This document shows positions 20,052-29,090 of a stretch of DNA of 64,000 nucleotides, piece after piece. The stretch spans positions 32,001 through 96,000 of the forward strand of contig CAVYNY010000032.1 in the NCBI GenBank assembly GCA_963769935.1. Reading direction: 5' to 3'. The notes under the pieces are model-generated. The model was not told the DNA's origin, ran no database searches, and saw nothing but the letters and a program-made list of their open reading frames with translations. Both the position numbers and the translations under genes were made by a program. This stretch comes from an uncultured delta proteobacterium (GTDB taxonomy: Bacteria; Desulfobacterota; Desulfobacteria; Desulfobacterales; JAFDCJ01). Numbering within the stretch: position 1 is the first letter of the stretch; each line of letters starts with the position of its first letter.

Positions 20052-20970
20052 TGGAGTCTGAATAGGAAGTCAACAGCCGGGTTCGTTTGCCCGGGTCGGT
20101 CCAGATGTTCGATTTAAACTTTTGAATGTCTTCACGGTATTTGAAGATGCAGCCCAGCGTAATTTCAACCGTGTCTTCATCCAGCCCATGGCGCTGGAGT
20201 TTGATCAGGGCCTCCGCCCAGTCCAGGGTTTCGGAAATACCCGGCTTTTTCGTGAACTCTTCCCGGCGGATATTCTGCATGAAGATGGCAACCTGATGGG
20301 CCAGAGATTCCGCGATGTCCGGCACCCTGGCTTGAATAATCTGCAGCTCTTTGTCCAGGTCCGGATAGTCGATCCAGTGGTAAAGACATCGCCGCTTGAG
20401 GGCGTCATGAATGTCGCGCGTTCGATTGGAGGTGATCACGACCATGGGCTTGTGGGCGGCCTTCAGGGTACCGATCTCAGGAATTGAAACCTGAAATTCC
20501 GAAAGAATCTCCAGCAGAAAGGCTTCGAACTCCTCATCGGCGCGGTCCAGTTCATCAATCAGGAGAACCGGCGGGGTGCCCTGGGAGTTCAAGATGGCTT
20601 CCAGCAGCGGCCGTTTCACAAGATACGGCTCACTGTAGATGACATCGCCCATTTCTTCCGGCGAGAGATTGCACTGCTCGTCCATTTTAATGCGCAGCAG
20701 CTGCTTGGGATAATTCCATTCGTACAATGCCGTATTGGCATCCAGTCCTTCGTAGCACTGGAGTCTGATCAGTTTGGCAGCGAGGATGTCTGAAAGGACG
20801 ATCGCAACTTCCGTTTTGCCGACCCCCGGCTCTCCCTCCAGAAATACGGGCTTGTTAAGATGGTAGGCCAGATAAATGACCGTTGCCAGGGATTGATCGG
20901 CAATATAGCGTCGGGCGGCCATATGTTCGCGGATCGCGTCGATGGAGGTAAAACGGTCAGAACTGGTCAT
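20041..20970 (-). CDS. MoxR/CoxD-like AAA+ ATPase
   Basis: GEPGVGKT, RLQCYEGLD, LLIDELDRADEEFEAFLLE, TSNRTR. Confidence 0.9.
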   Translation of the reverse strand: MTSSDRFTSIDAIREHMAARRYIADQSLATVIYLAYHLNKPVFLEGEPGVGKTEVAIVLSDILAAKLIRLQCYEGLDANTALYEWNYPKQLLRIKMDEQCNLSPEEMGDVIYSEPYLVKRPLLEAILNSQGTPPVLLIDELDRADEEFEAFLLEILSEFQVSIPEIGTLKAAHKPMVVITSNRTRDIHDALKRRCLYHWIDYPDLDKELQIIQARVPDIAESLAHQVAIFMQNIRREEFTKKPGISETLDWAEALIKLQRHGLDEDTVEITLGCIFKYREDIQKFKSNIWTDPGKRTRLLTSYSDSNAR

Positions 20971-21046
20971 GCGTAGGGCCTCATTTAGCTTTGTCGTAAA
21001 ATAGTTTGTTTGGGTATCAATTTGTTTGGGTTTCAGGTGCCGGCAC

Positions 21047-21284
21047 AAATCAAAATCACAAATTCCAACTCACAAATTTCAAATAAATTACAATAACCGA
21101 AATTCAAAATTCCAAACGGAATTTCATCTGCTTGGGGATTGCTTCAGATAGATACATCCTCTTTCATCGGGAAAGCACGAAAAAAATAATTTTTTAGCTG
21201 TATTTCTCGGTTCGGCTCGTTTCGGTCATTTAGTATTGTGATTTGGGATTTATTTGTAATTTGGTGCTTGGAGCTTGGGATTTA
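21047..21284. repeat. AT-rich heptamer-based long imperfect palindrome
   Basis: AAATCACAAATTCCAA...AAATTCCAAAC arm with inverse arm TTTCGGTCATT...TTGGGATTT; same family at 28706-28840 and 38006-38285. Confidence 0.7.
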
Positions 21285-21408
21285 TGCATTTTGATGTTGG
21301 GACTTATACCTTTCCGGCTGTGCTTCGTCTTTAGTTCCGGCATTCTGGGATTCGACATGATGCCCGCCTGGTTTGCCTGCAGTCTCTTACAGGTAACGGA
21401 TTTTCAGA

Positions 21409-21897
21409 TCAATAGAAGGGGAACTTCTCCCAGAATTCTTTGTCATTTTTTTTCCAGTCCGGGCCGAATCTTTTTTCGAAAAATGACCCCATCCGGTCGT
21501 ACCAGCGGATCCAGGGGTTTTTCCCCATTTCCCGGGCCTGCAGGATATCGTCCAAATAAGGTTCAATATCGCTCATTTCTTCCTTGGGAAAATAGGAGGC
21601 CGCACCCTCTTTGCAGGATTTGACGAGGCTCTCGGGAGACAAGGCATGGGCGGTCAACATGACGGCTGTCATTTTCTTTTGAGCGGCAATTTTCAGCAGG
21701 TCGAAACCCCTGACGCCCATAATGTCCAGGATAACCAGATCGAAGTATTTATCCTGCAGATACGCTTCGGCTTCTTCGAAGCTCGATGCTTTCGTAACCT
21801 GACACGACGATAGAATCTCTTCCAGAGCGTCGAGCACATCCGGTTCATCATCGACAATCAAAATGCGTTTGCCTTCCAGGTACTTATATTCCGACAT
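21409..21897 (-). CDS. Single-domain response regulator with C-terminal extension
   Basis: ILIVDDEPD, LVILDIMG, VMLTAH, YFPK. Confidence 0.9.
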   Translation of the reverse strand: MSEYKYLEGKRILIVDDEPDVLDALEEILSSCQVTKASSFEEAEAYLQDKYFDLVILDIMGVRGFDLLKIAAQKKMTAVMLTAHALSPESLVKSCKEGAASYFPKEEMSDIEPYLDDILQAREMGKNPWIRWYDRMGSFFEKRFGPDWKKNDKEFWEKFPFY

Positions 21898-22011
21898 GAT
21901 AGGTTCTCTGTGGTTTTTTTAACCCAATTGGTTTGGCCATTAAGGCAATGAGCCGCGAAGGTTAAGGCATTGCTTTTTTGGATCTAAAATTTGGATAAAA
22001 TCCCCTTCTTC

Positions 22012-22060
22012 TTTTATCTTCTAATCTTCTAATCTTCTGATCTTCTTATCTTCTAACCTT
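22012..22060. repeat. Octamer tandem repeat (TCTTCTAA-like)
   Basis: TCTTCTAA TCTTCTAA TCTTCTGA TCTTCTTA TCTTCTAA; a related tract lies at ~42495-42556. Confidence 0.7.
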
Positions 22061-22063
22061 CAC

Positions 22064-22825
22064 TCAACCGGTGACGGGAATCTCCTTGATACAGCGAAAT
22101 CCGAGCCATTGGGCGCCGTTGACGGGATCTTCCGGCGTCCAGCGGCAAGTCACCCTGACAAAGGTGGCCGAACCCAGAAAGCAGCCCCCCCGCATCGGCA
22201 GGCTGCCCTTGAGCCATTCCCCTTCACATATCTCCCAGACATTGCCGCACATATCATAGCAGCCATAAGGGCTGATGCCCCGGTCGAATATGCCTATTTC
22301 AGATGTCAGCTGCAAATCGTACTCCCTGGAATTGCAGTTGTTCGGCAAGAACTCGCGGCCCCAGGCCCACCAGCGGCCGTCGGACCCGCGGCCGGCCTTT
22401 TCCCAGTGTTTTTCCGTGGGAAGGGTTTTGCCCGCCCAGCTTGCATAGGCCCGGGCATCGTCCCAGCCGACGAATACAACCGGCTGCATCGGTTTGCCCC
22501 ATTCAGGGTGATTGATCAGCATCGGCCGGCGGTGTCCGGTCGCTTCGATGAACCTGCGGTACTGGTAGTTTGTAACCGGATACCGGTCGATATAATAAGA
22601 ATCGAGATACTCCATGCGTGCGGGTATTTCCGTGGCAAACACCGGATTTTCGCGATCATCCAGCATAAATATCTGGTAGATCGCTTCCTCCTCCATTCCC
22701 ATGGTAAATTCACCGGCCGGAACCAGCACCATCTCGGCATTGTCAATGGGCGCGACGACGGCCTCCGGCAAAGGGCCGGGGCCCAACATACGCCTTATGT
22801 CCCATCTATCTTCCATTTTGACCAA
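22064..22825 (-). CDS. FGE-sulfatase (SUMF1/EgtB/PvdO) domain protein
   Basis: MVLVPAGEFTMG, YPVTN.QY, LPTE..WEKA.RG, YDMCGNVWE, LGFRC. Confidence 0.9.
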   Translation of the reverse strand: MVKMEDRWDIRRMLGPGPLPEAVVAPIDNAEMVLVPAGEFTMGMEEEAIYQIFMLDDRENPVFATEIPARMEYLDSYYIDRYPVTNYQYRRFIEATGHRRPMLINHPEWGKPMQPVVFVGWDDARAYASWAGKTLPTEKHWEKAGRGSDGRWWAWGREFLPNNCNSREYDLQLTSEIGIFDRGISPYGCYDMCGNVWEICEGEWLKGSLPMRGGCFLGSATFVRVTCRWTPEDPVNGAQWLGFRCIKEIPVTG

Positions 22826-23031
22826 CCGAATACGCCCGGAAAATTTTTTTCATTATTCCAAAACTCCGGTACTCCAACACTCCTGAGGTCTAATTCAAAG
22901 GTCCCCCTTTGGGGTCGGATTCCCTCGCCTCTTATGAAAGCGGCATCCTGCCAACCGGCGGTTTCAGATTACAAAATAATCAGCGGTAAAGCAATCAAGA
23001 AATTTTTTCGGGGCGTATCGAAAGAATATGC

Positions 23032-23081
23032 TTGACAACCCGGGCGGAAAGCCGTACTTTGTTATGAGCATATACTCATAA
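23032..23081 (+). promoter_or_regulatory. Sigma70 promoter plus palindromic operator
   Basis: TTGACA(23032)-17 bp-TACTTT(23055), then TTATGAGCATATACTCATAA (23062-23081; 18/20 palindromic). Confidence 0.75.
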
Positions 23082-23115
23082 AGGGGGAAAACAGGGAAAA
23101 ACAAGGAGATGAATT

Positions 23116-23544
23116 ATGAAATTAGCCATTAGCACAATCGGCCAGGATTTGCAAGCCCGACTGGATCCTCGTTTTGGAAGATGTTCCTATTTCCTGATTG
23201 TCGATCCGGACACCATGGAATTTGAGGCTTTCGCCAATGAATATGCCACCCTGGGCAGCGGCGCCGGTGTTCAAGCAGCCCAGTTCGTAGCCTCCAAGGG
23301 CGCCGTAGCGGTGATTACCGGACATTGCGGTCCGAGAGCCATGGACGTGCTTTCTGCAAGCGGGATCAAGGTGTTTGCCGGACAGGACGGCAGCGCCAAT
23401 GATGTTGTAAGCGCTTACAAAAATGGTGATTTGACCCCCACAACTGTTGCAACAACCGGGGTTCATGCCGGAATGGGAGGCAGGCGCGGATCGGGTCGGG
23501 GTATGGGTCGTGGCCAGGGAAGCAGACAAGGCCAAGGCAGGTGA
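23116..23544 (+). CDS. NifB/NifX family protein with Gly/Arg-rich tail
   Basis: DPRFGRCSYFLIVD, GAGVQAAQ, ITGHCGPRA. Confidence 0.9.
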   Translation: MKLAISTIGQDLQARLDPRFGRCSYFLIVDPDTMEFEAFANEYATLGSGAGVQAAQFVASKGAVAVITGHCGPRAMDVLSASGIKVFAGQDGSANDVVSAYKNGDLTPTTVATTGVHAGMGGRRGSGRGMGRGQGSRQGQGR

Positions 23545-23627
23545 GGCCGATATCCGGCAGAGGGCGGGCCGAATTTAGAGAGCGGGACGAAACAGATAAG
23601 TAATTACGAATTGGAGCACTAAGTGAT

Positions 23628-24479
23628 ATGATCATCAGCGTTGCCAGTGGAAAAGGGGGGACCGGAAAAACGATGGTGTCGACGAATCTGGCCGTGTCCC
23701 TGGGGTCTAACGTTCAGTTGCTGGACTGTGATGTCGAGCAGCCCAATGCACATTTATTTATGCGTCCGGTTTTTGAACGAACCGAAACCGTTACAACCCC
23801 GGTTCCCGAAATCGATCCGGACAAATGCACCCTTTGCGGCAAATGCAGTGAAATATGCCGCTTTAACGCCATCGTCATCGTCGCTGAAACAGTTTTGCCC
23901 TTTGAAGAATTATGCCACAGTTGCGGCGGCTGCCTGGCGGTCTGTCCTGAAAAGGCCATTACCGAAAAAGGCCGCGAAATGGGTGTTATCCAAACCGGCC
24001 GCTGCAACGGTGTCGGCTTCATTCACGGCATATTAAGAGTGGGTGAAGCCATGTCGCCGCCGTTGATAAAAAAGGTGCTGTCTTTTGCGGATCCGGCTCA
24101 GCTCAATATCGTGGATGCCCCGCCGGGGACATCATGTCCGGTCATCGAAACCATGAAAAGAGCCGATTTCATTCTGCTGGTAACCGAGCCGACCCCATTC
24201 GGCCTTCATGATCTGAAACTGGCGGTCGAGGCGGCCCGGATTCTGAATATCCCCTGCGGTCTGTTAATCAACCGCTCTGATTTAGGAGACAATCAGGTTA
24301 AAGCGTATGCCGACCGGGAAAATCTGCCGGTTCTCATGGAGATTCCCTATGATCGGCGGATCGCCGAGGCCTATTCCAGAGGGGAACTGATTGTGGAAGC
24401 AATGCCGGAATGGAAGAAGAAATTCTGTGAGCTTTATCAAAAGATAAGGCAGTTGGTAGATGAAACTAAAAGTGTTTAG
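23628..24479 (+). CDS. MinD-like P-loop ATPase with inserted 2x[4Fe-4S] ferredoxin
   Basis: ASGKGGTGKT, DCDVE.PN, two CxxCxxCxxxC motifs, DAPPGTSCPV, VTEPTPFGLHDL. Confidence 0.9.
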   Translation: MIISVASGKGGTGKTMVSTNLAVSLGSNVQLLDCDVEQPNAHLFMRPVFERTETVTTPVPEIDPDKCTLCGKCSEICRFNAIVIVAETVLPFEELCHSCGGCLAVCPEKAITEKGREMGVIQTGRCNGVGFIHGILRVGEAMSPPLIKKVLSFADPAQLNIVDAPPGTSCPVIETMKRADFILLVTEPTPFGLHDLKLAVEAARILNIPCGLLINRSDLGDNQVKAYADRENLPVLMEIPYDRRIAEAYSRGELIVEAMPEWKKKFCELYQKIRQLVDETKSV

Positions 24480-24512
24480 TGTTTGGTGTATAGGGAAGGT
24501 GGAAACCTGTCT

Positions 24513-25379
24513 ATGAAAGAATTGGTAATTATAAGCGGGAAAGGCGGTACCGGCAAGACCAGTTTAGTGGCTGCCTTCGCATCCCTGGCGGAAAAAAAGG
24601 TTCTGTGTGATGCGGACGTGGATGCCGCCGATCTGCATTTAATAATGAATCCTAAGGTGGTCCGGCAGAGTGATTTTCAGTCGGGCAATACGGCTGTCAT
24701 CGACAATGACCGCTGCACGGGATGCGGCCTGTGCCGTGAATTGTGCCGCTGGGATGCCATCAGCGAGGATTATAAAGTCAATCCGATCGACTGTGAAGGC
24801 TGCGGGGTCTGCGTCTATTTTTGCCCGGAAAATGCGATCGATTTTCCGGAAAATACGTGCGGTGAGTGGTTTGTCTCGGACACCCGGTTCGGCCCCATGG
24901 TGCATGCCCGGCTGGGCATCGCTGAAGAAAATTCAGGCAAGCTGGTTACCCTGGTGCGGAAGGAAGCCGGCAAGCTGGCCGAAAAAAGGGATCTTGATTT
25001 AATCCTAACCGACGGCCCGCCCGGGGTGGGGTGTCCGGTAATTGCATCCATCGGCGGCGCTGCTGCCGTGCTGATCGTAACCGAGCCCACCGTTTCGGGC
25101 ATTCATGATATGGAGCGGGTGGCCCAGCTGGCAGCCCATTTCAGGGTGCCGGCCCTGGTCTGTGTCAACAAGTTTGATCTCAACCTGGAGCTGACCCGGA
25201 AGATTGAAAAGTATGCCGCAGAGCACAACATAACCTGCCTGGGACGTATTGCCTTTGATCCCATTTTCACCAGAGCCATGGTCCAGGCCCAAACCGTTTT
25301 TGAATACAGCAATGGATCACAGGTAAAACAGGAAATAGAAGCAATTTGGCAGGGGATAAAAAAAATGCTAAAAATATAA
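24513..25379 (+). CDS. Second MinD-like P-loop ATPase with 2x[4Fe-4S] ferredoxin
   Basis: ISGKGGTGKT, DADVDAADLHL, two CxxCxxCxxxC motifs, ENSGKLV, DGPPGVGCPV. Confidence 0.9.
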   Translation: MKELVIISGKGGTGKTSLVAAFASLAEKKVLCDADVDAADLHLIMNPKVVRQSDFQSGNTAVIDNDRCTGCGLCRELCRWDAISEDYKVNPIDCEGCGVCVYFCPENAIDFPENTCGEWFVSDTRFGPMVHARLGIAEENSGKLVTLVRKEAGKLAEKRDLDLILTDGPPGVGCPVIASIGGAAAVLIVTEPTVSGIHDMERVAQLAAHFRVPALVCVNKFDLNLELTRKIEKYAAEHNITCLGRIAFDPIFTRAMVQAQTVFEYSNGSQVKQEIEAIWQGIKKMLKI

Positions 25380-25440
25380 AAACGCATTCGTTTTAATTCG
25401 TGGTTTTTTCAAACATCTTAATTAATAGGAGGAATACCCA

Positions 25441-25773
25441 ATGAAATTCGCCGTACCTTTAGCTGAAGGAAAACTTACCGCTCATTTTGGACATTGCAAG
25501 GAATTTGCACTGGTTGATGTGAATAATAATGAGATCACGCAAAATGAGACCCTTGTGCCGCCGCCCCATGAACCCGGTGTGCTGCCCAAATGGCTCCACG
25601 AAATGGGCGCCGATGTTATCATTGCCGGCGGCATGGGTGCCAGGGCCATGGATCTTTTTACGCAAAACGGCATCAAGGTGATTGTGGGCGCGCCGTCATT
25701 GACGCCGGAAGAACTGGTCAAACTGTATCTCGACAACAAACTGCAATCCGGCAGCAACGTCTGTGATCACTAG
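25441..25773 (+). CDS. NifB/NifX family protein
   Basis: AHFGHC, PPPHEPGVLP.WL, IAGGMG.RA, C-terminal NVCDH. Confidence 0.9.
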   Translation: MKFAVPLAEGKLTAHFGHCKEFALVDVNNNEITQNETLVPPPHEPGVLPKWLHEMGADVIIAGGMGARAMDLFTQNGIKVIVGAPSLTPEELVKLYLDNKLQSGSNVCDH

Positions 25774-25783
25774 CGAATAAGAG

Positions 25784-25833
25784 GTCAGTCCGGCCGTGGC
25801 CAAAACAACGGCCGGTCTGATCAAAAAAGAAAC
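25784..25833. repeat. Dispersed ~50-bp repeat
   Basis: GGCCAAAACAACGGCCGGTCTGATC.AAAAAGAAAC; near-identical reverse complement at 36561-36611; diverged copies at ~42130-42156 and ~49821-49880. Confidence 0.75.
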
Positions 25834-25837
25834 CTTT

Positions 25838-26266
25838 ATGGAACCCGAGAAATTCGATTTTTGGCAGATTCATTCGCAGCACTATCTGGAAATGGCCTTT
25901 CGCAACGATCGGCGTGAAATCATAAGACAGCCTGACGGATATGGTAAAAGGGTCGGCGAATGCGGGGATACCGTGGAGATTTATTTATCCATCCGCGATG
26001 ACCGCATCCAAAGGGTGTCATTTCAAACCGACGGCTGCATGAATACCAGTGCCTGTGCCAATACCGTGGGCGAGCTGGCCGAAGGTAGAAAAGTAGACGA
26101 GGCCTGGGATATCACGCCGGAGGATATCATCGCTTACCTGGAAACACTCCCGCCGGCGAATACCCACTGCGCGGAACTGGCGGCCGGCGCATTGTATCTG
26201 GCCTTGGTGAATTATAAGGAACTTAAACGCCAGCCCTGGAAAAAGTTGTATTCGGGGAATTCCTAA
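25838..26266 (+). CDS. NifU-N/IscU-like Fe-S scaffold protein
   Basis: GECGDT, DGC, HCAELA. The longer GTG-start extension overlaps a dispersed repeat. Confidence 0.85.
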   Translation: MEPEKFDFWQIHSQHYLEMAFRNDRREIIRQPDGYGKRVGECGDTVEIYLSIRDDRIQRVSFQTDGCMNTSACANTVGELAEGRKVDEAWDITPEDIIAYLETLPPANTHCAELAAGALYLALVNYKELKRQPWKKLYSGNS

Positions 26267-26337
26267 TAAGTTCGAAATTATTCAGATATAGTTGGTGTGA
26301 TTGCAGATGCGAATTCGGACTGCCCGATTGCACCACC
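26264..26337. repeat. Dispersed ~70-bp repeat (second copy at 43253-43320)
   Basis: TAATAAGTTCG.AATTATT.AGA..AGTTGGTG...TGCGAATTCGGACTGCCCGATTG.ACCACC is shared by both copies. Confidence 0.75.
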
Positions 26338-26404
26338 GTAATTATGAATAAGAGCACTTAGAATTCTACGGCTAAAACCATTGGTAATATGGGTTGAGCC
26401 TGAA

Positions 26405-26459
26405 TATCCAGCATCGAGCATCCAGCATCCAGCATCGAGTATGCAATATCCAGCATCGA
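26405..26459. repeat. Heptamer tandem repeat (ATCCAGC/ATCGAGC)
   Basis: About 7 degenerate units between convergent genes. Confidence 0.75.
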
Positions 26460-26465
26460 CGGCTC

Positions 26466-28568
26466 TCACTGCTGCATGGCCTTGCGGCAGCGGGCCAGGA
26501 TGCTCAACACTTCAAAAGGCTCTTCAATCAGCGGGAAGGTCGGCACACCCCGGGGCTCCAGAAATGCTTTGGCCGCCTCCATGTGCTGCTTTTGGCCGGA
26601 GAAGGTGACGTAAAGAGGTTTTTCCGGATAGCGTTTGGCCAAATCGACGATAAAATCCATCGGAGGCACACCGGTTTCCTCGGTGATCATCAGAATCATG
26701 ACCACGGCATCAATGTTGGCGTCTCTGAGCACGGCCTCGGCGCCGTCCCGATAAGCCTGCTCGACGCCGGTGACCGTGGCGGCCGGCCAGATGTCCACCG
26801 GGTTTCGCATCCGGATGTAGGGCGGGCTGATGTCCTGCAGATAGCGCCGGGTTTTTTCTTCCAACTGCGGCACTTGCAGCCCCCAGCGCCGGTGGCAAAG
26901 ATCGGTCATGCATACCAGCATGGCGCCGGAAGGCGCCAGAAAGCTGACCCGGTTTCCCGCGGGCAGCGGCATGGCCGAAAGCGCCTTGGCCGCCAGAATC
27001 AGGTGGGAGTAGTCATAGATCCTGACCACACCGGCCTGCTGCAGGGCGCCTTCGATAATGCGGTCGTCCGAGGCCAGGGCGGCGGTGTGGGCCACGGCCG
27101 CCCGGGAGCCTTCGGCGGTGCTTCCGCCTTTGAGAAGAATCACCGGTTTGGTGCGCGTTACCCGGCGGGCGACTTCCAGAAAGCGCCGGGGCTTTTTAAA
27201 GCTTTCCACGTAAACGAAGATGGCTTTGGTTTCCGGATCCCGACCGTAATATTCGAGCACTTCGCTCTCTTCCACATCCAGCTTGTTGCCCATACCCAGC
27301 ACCCGGGCCACGCCGTAGTGTTCGCCGGATATGATGTAGCGCATGGTGTGGGTGGCGAAATTTCCGGTCTGGGCCAGGTAGGAAACATGGCCGCGCGGAA
27401 TTTTGCCGAGCGGGAAAAAACTTGAAGTGAAGTTATGGGGCGTCGACGTATGTCCCGAGGTGTTGGGGCCTATGGCTCGGACCCCGGTTTCGCGGATGGC
27501 CTGAATCGTTTCCTGCTGAAGTTTTTCGCCCTGCTCATCCACCTCGGCAAACCCGCTGGCGGCCATGACGACGGCCTTGGCCCCTTTGGCGGCACAGTCC
27601 CGGATGGCCTGCGGCGTCGCGCTGGCCGGCAGAATGATGATGGCCAGATCGATGCTGTCCGGCAGATCCTGGATGGAAGGGTAAACCCGATGCCCCAGAA
27701 TTTCGCCGCCCTTGGGGTTGACCAGATACAGTTTGCCGCCGAATTCATTGGCCAGAATGTTTTTAATGACGTCGTTGCCGGCCTTGTGGGGTGTCTGGGA
27801 GGCACCGACAACGGCCACACTGCGGGGTTCAAACAGAACATCCAGGTTGCCGGAAACCGGCTCCTCGGCGGGCGCCTGCGGCTGCGGCGCCTGCAGCACC
27901 ACCAGGGCGTCGACGGCCACCGGCAGGCCGTCGCGGACAATCAGGGGGTTGATGTCAATTTCGCGGATGGCGGGATGGTCTAATCCGATCCGGCCCAGCT
28001 GCTGCAGGCAGTGGCTGAGTTGATCGGTGGAAACGGGCGCCATGCCGCGGATGCCCTTTAAAATCCCGGCCCCTTGGATTTCGGCCGGCATTGCCCGGGC
28101 GTCCCGGTCGCTCAACGGAGCCACCCGGAAGGAAACGTCGCCCAGGGCTTCGGTGAGAATGCCGCCCAGGCCGAACATGACGCAGGGACCGAACTGGGGA
28201 TCCCGGATCAGACCCATCACCAACTCGCGCGGGCCGGCAACCATTTCCTGGACCAGGATCGCGCCGCCCAGATCGCGGGCTTGGGGGGCCAGCCGATCAT
28301 AGGCGCGTTTTAATTCGACGGCATCCCTGATTCCCAGCTCGATGAGACCCATTTCGGTCTTATGTTGGGCGGCGGCGGCGCAGGCCTTTAAGGCCACCGG
28401 ATAACCGATGCGATCGGCGGCCTGTTCGACGTCTGCCAAATCCTCCGCCAAAAATTCCGTAGTCGTCGGGATTCCGTATACTGCCAGAATCCGTTTGCTG
28501 TCATATTCGGACAGGGTGTTGCGTCCGGCCGCAAGGGCCTCTGCGATAATGGTCTCAACTGATTTCAC
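26466..28568 (-). CDS. ADP-forming acyl-CoA synthetase (acetate-CoA ligase family), ATP-grasp domain first
   Basis: N-terminal LSEYDSK...HKTE.G...DPQFGP.VMFGLGG...EIDINPL; then PRSVAVVGAS, GPNT.G, phospho-His in AHTAALA, NPVDI. Confidence 0.9.
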   Translation of the reverse strand: MKSVETIIAEALAAGRNTLSEYDSKRILAVYGIPTTTEFLAEDLADVEQAADRIGYPVALKACAAAAQHKTEMGLIELGIRDAVELKRAYDRLAPQARDLGGAILVQEMVAGPRELVMGLIRDPQFGPCVMFGLGGILTEALGDVSFRVAPLSDRDARAMPAEIQGAGILKGIRGMAPVSTDQLSHCLQQLGRIGLDHPAIREIDINPLIVRDGLPVAVDALVVLQAPQPQAPAEEPVSGNLDVLFEPRSVAVVGASQTPHKAGNDVIKNILANEFGGKLYLVNPKGGEILGHRVYPSIQDLPDSIDLAIIILPASATPQAIRDCAAKGAKAVVMAASGFAEVDEQGEKLQQETIQAIRETGVRAIGPNTSGHTSTPHNFTSSFFPLGKIPRGHVSYLAQTGNFATHTMRYIISGEHYGVARVLGMGNKLDVEESEVLEYYGRDPETKAIFVYVESFKKPRRFLEVARRVTRTKPVILLKGGSTAEGSRAAVAHTAALASDDRIIEGALQQAGVVRIYDYSHLILAAKALSAMPLPAGNRVSFLAPSGAMLVCMTDLCHRRWGLQVPQLEEKTRRYLQDISPPYIRMRNPVDIWPAATVTGVEQAYRDGAEAVLRDANIDAVVMILMITEETGVPPMDFIVDLAKRYPEKPLYVTFSGQKQHMEAAKAFLEPRGVPTFPLIEEPFEVLSILARCRKAMQQ

Positions 28569-28651
28569 ACGACCTCCTTATGAGTTCAATCTGATATTTT
28601 AATCCCCCGCCGTCGGATGGAGCGGATAAAACCGTCCTTGCCGATGGCCGG

Positions 28652-28907
28652 GTGCTGGAGTTATGGAGTACTGGAGTGTTGGAGTATTGAAGTGTTAAAT
28701 CGATTTAAAATTCCAAATAACAAAATACAAATCTCAAACAAATCACAATGACCAAAATTTGAAATTCAAAACAGGTCTTCTTGTTTGAATATTGGAATTT
28801 GGGATTTATTTGGAGTTTGGTGCTTGTAATTTGGTATTTTTCAATGCTGCAATACTCCATTACCCCAATACCCCATTTCTCCACTTCTTTAATATTTCAC
28901 CACTCCC
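28652..28907. repeat. Nested palindrome: TGGAGTRN octamer arm / AT-rich palindrome / inverse octamer arm
   Basis: Octamers at 28652-28696, AT-rich inverted pair at 28706-28840, inverse octamers at 28842-28907. Confidence 0.7.
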
Positions 28908-29090
28908 AAAGCTTAATTCCAGAGCCTCTTGAGAAATCGATTCTTGTTACTAAGCCGAGCACAAATCAATAGACATAAATGTATTTAAAATCGAAAGCAA
29001 ACCTTCACCTTGCGCCGAATGCCCTGCGCCGAATGCCATTTCGAAATTAATAAAACAATGGTGGCTGATCGGAACATCTTTTATGTCTAC

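Noticed and set aside
18873..20970. Aerobic CO dehydrogenase locus
   Set aside because: Only the CoxD/CoxE-like chaperone pair is present; there is no coxLMS.
23116..26266. Nitrogen fixation genes
   Set aside because: NifX/NifU-like domains occur without nifHDK; the context fits an ORP-type operon.
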